Source: Camelus dromedarius (Eukaryota). From it: a DNA stretch of 64,000 nucleotides. The stretch spans positions 124,001 through 188,000 of the forward strand of contig NC_087436.1 in NCBI RefSeq assembly GCF_036321535.1. The letters are read 5' to 3'. Below, in pieces: positions 40,901 to 51,420 of this stretch (its first letter is position 1; each line of letters begins with the position of its first letter). Under the pieces are notes generated by a model. That model saw nothing but the letters and a program-made list of their open reading frames with translations. It did no database searches and was not told the origin of the DNA. Position numbers and translations under genes: made by a program.

Positions 40901-41644
40901 AATAAACCTTGGTGTCTCTGTCTCAGCCTGGAGGGTAAGCCATCCAGCCCATCTGCCTTCCAGCCACATACCCTGGACGATCTTGGTTCCCTCACCTGTG
41001 ACACTTGTGTTCTCCAGGGAATCTTTGTAGAGATTAAACGATAAAACTATATGCATAGGGGATACTTATTTGTTAGGCAGTAGGCAGTAAACAAATAATA
41101 AAATTATTTTATTTCATGAAAATGGGAGGTAGGTCTCCCAATTAAACATTCCTGATAGAATCCCAACAAGGACTTTAATTTATCTGCCAGAAATTGTAAA
41201 ATAACTTTTCTTTTTTAAAGGCTGTATCCATTCTCCCTACTTTTTACCAATCCTGGCTGTTATCATGAAAATCTATTCCCAGAACTTGGCATCCATCTCC
41301 CATATTTAAATCATTTAAGTTTGAAATTTTGATGAAGCTTGGGCACATAAAGATTCACACCATAATTCACAGAATAAACAAAGACCACAGGAACAGGGCC
41401 ACTTCCAGACCCCATGTGCTCAGGACAGGCTCCAAACTTCATAAAATCAGATGCATGCTGTTTGAAGAGAAAGAAAATTGAATGTGATCAAGGAGGCTGA
41501 CATAGAGCACTGGCTGGCTCAAGAGATGACTCCTTCAACCCCTCATCTGACTTAAGTCATCTAACGGTTATCAGGTGATCTCTAACTAAGAGTAAAACAG
41601 GGGTAGGGTTGAAAAGTAAATTTTTTCCTACAATATATACATAT

Positions 41645-42092
41645 TGTCAACTAAAAATTGGCACGTGCCATCTGCCTCTGATTTGATTAAGTCATGAGCC
41701 ACTGCAGCTGCTGACCTTCAACACCCTCTGAAAGTAGATCTGTGTGGAGATCAGGAATGGGGCGCTCTGTGCTCTGGGAAAATGGGCAGAAAAACTTCAG
41801 ATAGACATTTTCAGGAAACTTTAAGAGCCCAAGTTCTTGCATTTCCTCCTATCTAGAAATGCACTAAAATCATTAACAGAGACACCTGTTCCTCGACTAG
41901 CAGCAGCCTCTGACTTAATGTATAGTTGACGGCACGTCCCACTTCAATGAAATCTCATATTATGCTGAGCTCCCCCTCATCTTCAGAGCAGTTCCTCCGA
42001 GCTCTCTGAGATGCTGTCACCTGGGTTCTGGTCCTCATTTTGCCCCAGATAAAACTTAACCCAGAACTCTCACATTGTGTGGTTTATTGACA
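41645..42092 (+). mobile_element. Solo LTR, 448 bp
   Basis: Termini tgtcaac...ttgaca form a short inverted repeat; agataaaac near the 3' end; degenerate TSD atat/gtac. Confidence 0.75.
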
Positions 42093-45000
42093 GTACCACA
42101 AAAATTAAGCTTACATACTTGAACTCATAGTAAACATTCAGTATCAAACATTTCTTGACTTAAATTACTTTTTAAAAGTAAATAATTATTCCATTTCTTA
42201 AATATAGCATCTTTAAATATAAATTAACAGATATTTGTGAAACTTCGAAAAATATATTCTGGAAAAATTTTTACCTAATTAATAAAAAAGCTATTGTGTG
42301 GAGTTTTAGAAATTCAGAAGTGGAAAAGAATAGTATTGTAACTCAAGTTCTTGTTTTAATTGCAGAGATCCTGAGGCCTCAAAAGACATATAAAGTTTCC
42401 TGATTTTATACACTGTCCTTTAACAGAAAGCCTAGAACTAAGACCCTGGTCTTTGAGAAACCAAGGCTTGCTCGGCTGGTGCAGGGCTGAACTTTATGAA
42501 AATGGGTCATGAGAAAGAACCAGAATGCTGGGGCCTGGGCAAGGCAGCGGAAGGAAGGAGGGTCTCACATGGTCGTGGGTGAGAAATAGGCTCCCGCAGT
42601 GCTGGTGTGATGGGCATCCCTCAAGGGCCTGAAAACTACTATTTAGCACACCTGCCACCGAAATGCACACATGCTGTTTAACTAGAAGGCTGACCAGGAG
42701 GCTTTCTCAGTTACACAAGAAGCTATTTTCATGTTAACTCTACAACTACAGGAAGAGAAAGAATAGAAAGCTGATATTAATTACTAATAATTTACACCAA
42801 GTACCAAGGAATTTCCAGGAGAAAGATAAAGAATTGTTGGAAGTTTCATTATGTGAACTTACTGCCAATTCAGTTGTCTTAAAAATTGTTCTATAAAATA
42901 TATTGTCTTTTGCTGTTCCAAATCACATTTGAAAGAATAATGTTTCTTAAGGGTGTTTCTGGAATTTTCTTCTATTTCCTAACACCAAATCTCAGAGCTT
43001 TAAAGAAATGGAGGGTTGGAATTTCGTCCACTCTTTTCTAGGCAAATTATTGTTCCTGCAAAGAACAAGGGGGTAATCACACAGAAAAGCATTTGAGCAT
43101 CAGGCTGCTTACATTTCCTCCGGAAGTCTTGGAAAATAACGTGGAAATGAACAGCAGGACAGAAACCTGGCGGGAGGGTCACTGGCTAGAAGGTGAGAAC
43201 AAATGTGTTCTCCAACGTGCTCTGGTCGCCACTAGTTTAAATGAACCGAGCAATTGTTCCAGCATACACGCACCTCTACGTGAAAATCTCAACCGTTACC
43301 AACTGCTCAGTGCAGCCCGAAGCAATGGACGGACTGCAGAGGCCCCCGGCGGCTCATCGTGGTGTCTTACACCATGTGCAGGATGATCGGTTCCTTCCCG
43401 CCCTCTCCCTCCACTCCTCTCAAGGGAGATGGCTGGTCCTGAGTTGAGCTTACCTCATAGAAAGCTGTCTCTCAGCCCTCTGTCTAAAGCAAAATAAAAG
43501 CAGGAAAGCTACAAGGGACTTTACAGAACCATCCCAAAAGGGAACTGAAGCACATTTCTTCCCTCCTTTCTGCTCCTGGAATTTGGACCTGATGGTTGAC
43601 CCTCAGGCAGCCACTTTGAGCCATCAGGTTGATGGGCTGAAGATAACAGGCATCTTGTTCTCTGACCCAGGGGCCATCATGCAAACCAGCCATGGGCTAC
43701 CGATTGCTTGACTTCTTTATGTAAGAGGGAAATACAATTTTAGCATGTTTAAGCCACTGCTGTTATCTGGGGAACTAGGTGTTGTACATTGCCATGGTAA
43801 GACCTAATAATAAAGTTCAATATTCACCAAAAACTATTTACCAAATAGTTAATAAATTATAAAGAGATCTTGATTTTTGTTTTAATGCTATGAAATGTAA
43901 ATCAAGTTTCAGCATATGCCAATAAAACAAGACACTGCGGAGATGAAGCAAAACAGAGTTTGTAGAACAGAGACCCAAAGCATCCTCCTCTCCAAGGCAC
44001 AGGAGTACAGCCGTGACTATACATGCCAAGGCTGGAGTCACATGGGCTCCCTGATATCCATGTCTTGGGTTGTGTTCTGTTTCCAGCCTTGGGAAAAATG
44101 GATAAGACTGCTGGTCAAATCATTTCAGGAGCAGCTTCCATCGTGTAGAACCCATGTCTCTTCCTTTCCTCTGCCTCCTGGAATTTTCTGACACAATTAA
44201 TCAGTCCAGCCTTCTAAATTGAGCAAATGGAGCTCAATCAATCTGCTTTTAGACAGAGCTAAAAATAGACATTAAAAAGCATAACTAGGAAATCTTACCT
44301 TCCAGAGGTCATTGCACAGATGAAATAGGAGAATATCTGTGAATCACTCTGTAAACAGTAAGTACAATACAAACAATATTAGTACTGATTCTATGTTACA
44401 CTCATCAATAAAGGAACACAGAACCCTTTCTTACCAGAAGGAAAAGTGCTTTGTAATTTTCTGTCACTTTAATTCTTCAAAAGTTTCTATAAAATTGATG
44501 TCCTTAAAAAAATCAGAATTTGGGACTAATTTTAATTCCTTCATCTCCCCTGGTTTAACGCATATCAAGAATGTTACCATTTCTAGATTTTTATTTAGGA
44601 AAGCCTTTGGTATTCATGAGGCACAGAGCACGGCAAATTGTCAGTATCACTCAGGATAGGAAAAGCATTTTTGATACCCGAACTTGAAGACATGAAGAAG
44701 ATGCCTGACATGTCCCACTGACCTTTCAAGCTATTCTTTTTCAAACACTTGCTTCTTCTTGGTCCAGAACAGACACGCATTTGTTGATGTGAGTCTCTTT
44801 AAGTGAAAATGTCAACCCATCATTACCACTTTAGAGACTGAAATCTTACCCTCCTCATCCATATGGACATAGCATTCTTACTGATTCCTAACATGAAAAA
44901 TGACCATCGATGACATCTCAGGAAGCTCCAATGCAGAGGTTCTCTGCTGCAGTGAGGAGGAAAGAGCCGTGTGCTTCAAGACTCACTTCCTATCTGTAGC

Positions 45001-46488
45001 TCACTTGGCAAGACGCTACAACTTGTCTAAGCTAAAGCTTAAAAGTGGAGAATACAGACAACATCCATGGCAAAGGGCAATCGGAGGCTAATTCCTTGGC
45101 CCCAATTCATCGCTTCTCAAGAGCCTTGGGCAATACCTTGAGAAAGGCAGCAACATTGTACCCAATTCATCAAAACCTGCACCTCCTACTAGTTGACAGT
45201 AAAGCAAGTGTCATCTGGCTCAACAGATCTCCCTGTGTCTCTACAGTGTATGGCTACATTTTCTTTATTTTCTCGGTTGGGGGACATTCCATTTCTGAAA
45301 ATCCCCCTCCCTGCAGTAGAAGTTCTTAATTTCCCAATCACAATGCAGGATTGAAGGGGGGATAAAAGATCTGACAAAACCTAGATCACTATTAATTCCT
45401 TGATATATTTTGGGCACATGGACTAAAATTCTTTGGGTCACTTGGACATCAAGATCATATCTAATTTACACAATTGTCAACTGTCATTTTACAACCAGCT
45501 CCTGAAACAGTCACGTGGTCACTAGTATTTTTTTTTTCTTTTCTTACCTTGACCCATGGATTTGATGATTTCTAAACAGACACAATAGATTTTTGAAAAG
45601 AAATCTGGTTCACCTTTTGCTTTTAAACCTAATTTGTGTACCTGACCCTGACTTCACTCTAACATTCACAAAAAGCTATCCAAAGACACCCCCTTTTGAC
45701 ATCATATCTAGATGTATTGAATACACTGCTGAGCTGAATCTTCCAGATCATTAAAATATATATGCACATTATGCTGTGGTCCTCTTCAATTTGTGGTGTT
45801 TTCAGTAATCATTTCCTCTTTGGATACTTTATTACACATTTAGCATTTCTTTATCCAATTCAGTTACATTAGTATATAAGATTTCAAAAGAACTCGTTTC
45901 TCAAAATGATGATATTTAACATCTATGGCCTTTTCTTAATCAAGTAAATCTATAAGGCTGTCAAGGGCAGCAGTGAACTTTGTGTGTGGTGATTGCTGCT
46001 TCAGAGTCTCCGGTGCCGCCACAAGATCTTGCAGGTGTTTACGCATCCTAGTGAATGTCAACACATCAATCTATTAGGAACTGAAATTAAAATACATGGA
46101 TGATAATTTTTCTTTTTAAAAACAATAAACTCAATTTCCCTTACTCATTCTTTATTGTTTCTTATACTGAGTCTCAACACTTTTCCTAATATATATGTTT
46201 GGTGGGGAGGGGGCACAGCCCTGAATGCCTGCAGACAGCACCAACTCTATAAGATTAACCAGAGGTGGCCGTGGATGTTGTGTGACTTCAGCCACTGAGC
46301 ATGAGCACCTGCTGTCCCTCCAACTGTTCTGCCTCCATTGCTGACAGCCCTGAAGGTCACTGCCTCTTGTAAAATTCTACAACATTACAGTTCATATATT
46401 TTTAAAAGGTATCAATTTGTGAAAGTCGTCTGTGTAAAATGGGGGGTACTTGCCTTTGCTCATTTCAGGCTAAACTAAGTCCAGAAGG

Positions 46489-46506
46489 ACACACACACAC
46501 ACACAC
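46489..46506. repeat. (AC)9 microsatellite
   Basis: Direct reading. Confidence 0.85.
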
Positions 46507-47344
46507 TCAGTTCTGGGTGCCCCCAAAGAAAATTATAAAAGGCTTCGGGACAGTGGTGGCACTCAAACCTTTGGAATTTTGAGCTCTATGAAAGTATCAC
46601 TTATTCAGAAATTAAGCATTATAATTCTAGGCCAAGAGAATCAGAATCCCCCACAAGTTACTTACCAGAATTTTTTTAAAGAAACTATCTTCCCTAAAAT
46701 CCAATGATAAATCAAATATCCATGGAAAGAATATAGATCAGTAATATCAAGCAACAATTTCTACACTAATGCTGATTAGCCATCAGCCCAAACCAAAGGA
46801 CATAGAAATAAGACACCTAGAGATAAAGAGATGGAAGAGAGGTATTAAAAAGCAAGAATATAAAACAAGTAATGGCCCTATGGAAACCTGCTCATTTTTT
46901 TTGAAATAATAACTTGGTTAAAGGAACTCAATCTTGAGAATTTGAAATGCACCAAGGGGAAATCTAGCAGGGAAAAGAAGCAGAAGCAGGTCTCAGTTTT
47001 CTCCGAGGATGATCCTAAATGAAAAAAAATTCTTGGCTTCCACAGTACACAACCTGCATTGATGACTAAGCAGAAGAGTGAGGAGGAGAGAAAACCGAAA
47101 GTGTGTGGAAGCCATCCTTCACCAACACTACTGGAAACACAGAATTGTGGTGTTGGGGCACTGCCTGACCGATATATATACCAGCAGGAATAAGCTCTAA
47201 CTAGGTTTCTGAGCGAAAAATGCTTTTAGCTTTAAATCTACTCAAGTAAACATGCAGAGAAACCATGGTAAGTGCTTGAGATTTAGCCTTGCTGTTTAGG
47301 TGAGATAAAGGTATTCTTCTACACTTGTTCCATTTTTGAAACAT

Positions 47345-48730
47345 ATGTGAGTGGAAGCCTACCTTCACCTAGGTTTTTGAGAACCCAGAGTTTCTGGCCT
47401 CGGGGGATTACGGTACTTACATATATAAGGGGAGGCACAATCTCCAGGAGGCTTTTCCATTCCAAAGAGCTTTCACTTGAAACTGGCTTTCAGAATCATG
47501 CTGAGAAATCAGAGTTAGTGATTCTATATGTCACTCCACCTTTTATGCTGTATGAAAGAACTCCACACCACATGCTCTAGTTTTAGATATATATGAGTTT
47601 CGAAGCCATCCTTCAACTAGCTAATTGGGACCCACAGTTTCTGGGATAGGGAAACTATGCTACATACATATCTATAGTACCAAAACGGTTTTACACTGCA
47701 AACCGCGATTACTTGCAACCGGCTCTGAAAAACATACTGAGAAATCAGAGTAAGTGTTTCTGTATGTCACTTAACCTTCAATGCTGGATGAAAGAACGCC
47801 TCTCCACAAGATCACTTCTGACATTTGAATTTGTGTTGGAGACGTCCTTCTCCTAACATGTTGTAAACCCAGAGTTTCTGGTCTAGGGGAACTACGCTAC
47901 TTACATATCTAACCGGAGGCACTCGCTCCAACGTGGTTTTCCTAAGCAAACCACTTTTACTTTGAAACCAGCGTTAGTAAACAAGCTGAGAAATCAGAGA
48001 ATGTGTTTCTACATGTCACTCTGCCTTTTATGATGGATGAAAGAACGCCACTCCACATGCTCTATTTTCAAATCTGTACATGTATGGAAGCCGTCTTTCA
48101 CCTAACTTGTTGGGAACCATAGTTTCAGGACTAGGGGAACTACGCTGCTTTCTTATATTTGGGGACGTCCTAGCACCAACTCACATTTCCACTGCAAAAC
48201 GTTTTTACTTGAAACGGATTTCAGAAACATGCTAAGAAATCAGAGTGAGTGTTTCAGTATGTCACTTAACCCTCAATGGTGGAAGAAGGAACGCCTCCCA
48301 ACATGCTCACATCTGACATCTAAATGTGAGTTGGAGCCATTCTTCACATTACTTCTTCGAGAACAAGGGTTTCTGGTCTAGGGGAACTACGCTGCTTACA
48401 TATCTAAGCAGAGGCTTTCGCTCCAAAGCGGTTTTCCACAGCAAACCACTCTTCCTTAGAAACTGGCATTAGGAAACATGCTGAGAATTCAGAATAAGTA
48501 TTTCTGTATGTCACTTAACCTTCAATGCTGGATGAAAGAACGCCTCTCCACAAGATCACTTCTGACATTTGAATTTGTGTTGGAGACGTCCTTCTCCTAA
48601 CATGTTGGAAAACCAGAGTTTCTGGAATATGGGAACTACCCAATTTACATATCAAAGCAGAGGAACACGATTCAAAACAGTTTACCAAAGCAAAGTAATT
48701 TTTTTGAAACCATCATTTCACAGTAAACAT
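47345..48730 (+). repeat. Satellite left arm (opposite orientation), ~5.5 monomers of A/B type
   Basis: Reverse complement of the units in 48728-51420, e.g. gtcacttaaccttcaatgctggatgaaagaacgcc versus ggcgttctttcatccagcattgaaggttaagtgac. Confidence 0.93.
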
Positions 48731-51420
48731 AAAAGGCAGAGTGAGATGTACAAACACGTTCTCTGATTTCTCAGTATGTTTCTTAAACCCGGTTTCAAGT
48801 AAAAGCAGTTTGCAGTGAAAAACTGAGTTCGTGCTAGTACATCCCCATATATATGAAAGCAGCGAAGTTTACATTGGACTGAAAGTCTGGGTTTCCAACA
48901 AGCTAGGTGATATGCGGCTTCCACACTCCTACATTCCTGAAAATTGAGCATGTGGAGAGGCGTTCCTTCAGCATAAAAAGCAGAGGGACTTCTAGACACA
49001 CATTCTCTGATTTCTGACCGTGTTTGTTACGCCGGTTTCAATGTAAAAGTGGTTTGATCTGGAAAACGAAGTTGGAGCGAGAGCCCCCCCTTACATATGT
49101 AAGTAGCATAGTTCCTCTATACAAGAAACTCAGGGGTTCCAACAAGTTAGGTGAAGGACGGCTCCACTAGAAATTCAGATGTCAAAAGTGAGCTTGTGGA
49201 GAGGCTTCTTTCATCAAGCCTTGAAGGTTAAGTTACATACAGAAACAAGTACTCTGATTTCTCAGCATGTTTCTCAAAGCCGTTTTCAAGTAAAAGCCGT
49301 TTGCAGTGAAAAAATCTAGTTCGTGCTAGTACATCCCCATATATTGGAAAGCAGCGTAGTTTACCTTGGACTGAAACTCTGGGTTTCCAACAAGGTAGTT
49401 GAAGTACGGCTTCCATACTCATACATTTCTGAAAACTGAGCATGTTGAGAGGCGTCCCTTCATGCAGCATTAAAGGCAGAGGTATTCTAGACACAAATTC
49501 TCTGTATTTCTAAACATGTTTCCTAACGCCTTTTTCAATGTAAATCCAGTTTGCTGTGGAAAACCGCGTTGGAGCGAGTGCCTCCCCTTAGTTATGTAAG
49601 TGGCGTAGTTCCCCTATAACAGAAACTCTGGGTTTCCAACAAGTTAGCTGAAGGACGGCTCCAACACAAACTCAGATGTCAGAAGTGAGCTTGTGGGGAG
49701 GCGTTCTTTCATCCAGCATTGAAGGTTAAGTGACAGAAATAATTACTCTGATTTCTCAGCATATGTCTCAAAGTCGGTTTGAAATAAAAGTGGTTTACAG
49801 TGAAAAACCTTGTTGGTGCCAGTACGTCCCCATATATATGAAAGCAGCGTAGTTTACCTTGGACTGAAACTCTGGGTTTCCAACAAGGTAGTTGAAGTAC
49901 GGCTTCCATACTCATACATTTCTGAAAACTGAGCATGTTGAGAGGCGTTCCTTCATGCAGCATAAAAGGCAGAGGTACTCTACACACACAATCTGTGATG
50001 TCTCACCATGTTTCCTAACACCGTTTTCAATGTAAAAGCGGTTTGCTGTGGAAAACCGCTTTAGAGCGAGTACATCCCCTTCCATATGTAAGAATCGTAG
50101 TTCCCCTATACAAGAAACTTTGGGTTTCCAACTAGTTAGGTGAAGGACGGCTCCAACACAAATACAGATGTCAGAAGTGATCTTGTGAAGAGGCGTTCTT
50201 TTATCCAGCATTAAAGGTTACGTGACATACATAAACATTTACTCTGATTTCTCAGCATGCTTCTCAAGGCCGGTTTCAACTAAAAGCCGTTTGCTGTGTA
50301 AAACCGAGTTCGTGCTTGTTCGTCCCTATATATATGAAAGCAGCTTAGTTTACCTTAACTGTAATTCAGGATTTCCAACAACCTAGGTGAAGTACGGCTT
50401 CCAAAATCATACAGCTCTGAAAATTGAGCATGTGGAGAGACGTTCTTTCATGCAGCATAAAATGCAGAGGTATTCTTCACACACACTCTCTGATATCTCA
50501 GCAGGTTTCCTACCGCCGTTTTCAATGTAAAACCGGTTTGCTGTGGAAAACCAAGTTGGAGCAAGTGCCTCCCCTTAGATATGTAAGCAGCTTAATTCCT
50601 CTATACCACAAACTCTGCGTTTCCAACAAGTTAGTTGAAGAATGGCTCCAAGACACATTCAGATATCCGAAGTGAGCTTGTGGAGTGGCGTTCCTTCATC
50701 CAGCATTGAAGGTTAAGGGACATACAGAAAGAAATACTCTGATTTCTATGCATGTTTCTCATAGCCGGTTTCAAGTAAAGGCGGTTTGCACTGTAAAATC
50801 GAGTTCGTACTAGTACGTCCCGATATATATGGAAGGAGCGTAGTTTACCTTGGACTGGAACTCTGGGTTTCCAACAAGCTGGGTGAAATACGGCTTCCAC
50901 ACTCATACAGTTATGAAAATTGAGCATGTTGAGAGGAGTTCCTTCATGCAGCATAAAATGCAGAGGTATTATAGACACACATTCTCTAAAATTTCAGCAA
51001 GTTTCCTAATGCCGTTTTCAATGTAAAAGCGATTTAGTGTGGAAAACCACGTTGGAGCGAGTGCCTCCCCTTAGATATGTAAGTAGCGTAGTTCCCCTAT
51101 ACCAGAAACTGGTTTTCCAACAAGATAGTTGAAGGACGTCTCCAAAACAAATTCAGATGTCAGAAGTAAGCCTGTGGAGAGGCATTTTTTCATCCAGCAT
51201 TGAAGGTTAAATGGTATACAGAAACACATTTTCTGACTTGTCAGCATGTTTCTCAAAGCCGGTTTCAAATAAAAGCTGTTTGCAGTGTAAAACCGAGTCC
51301 GTGCTAGAAAGTACCCATATATATGAAAGAAGCGTAGTTTCCACTGGACTGAAACTCTGGGTTTCCCACAAGGTAGGTGAAGTATGGCTTCAACACTCAT
51401 TCAGTTCTGAATATTGAGAA
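48728..51420 (-). repeat. Satellite dimeric domain (~495-bp A+B higher-order unit)
   Basis: Alternating diagnostic blocks tctgaaaa(c/t)tgagcatg...gcagcataaaa(g/t)gcagagg and cagatgtcagaagtgagcttgtgg...ccagcattgaaggttaa. Confidence 0.9.

Larger units (their letters stand above)
36859..46693 (-). other. Putative multi-exon gene or pseudogene 3' portion with micro-exons, identity unknown
   Basis: Ten candidate exons bounded by pyrimidine-rich AG acceptors and GTAAG donors (one GCAAGT): 46666-46693, 46454-46469, 45548-45571, 44850-44887, 44299-44348, 43454-43483, 40707-40791, 38364-38572, 38103-38131, and a terminal exon from 37063 to AATAAA at 36859-36864. Confidence 0.5.

Noticed and set aside
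47230..47273. Plus-strand exon candidate ending ATG|gtaagt before the satellite
   Set aside because: Single isolated candidate with a weak acceptor and no partner exons.
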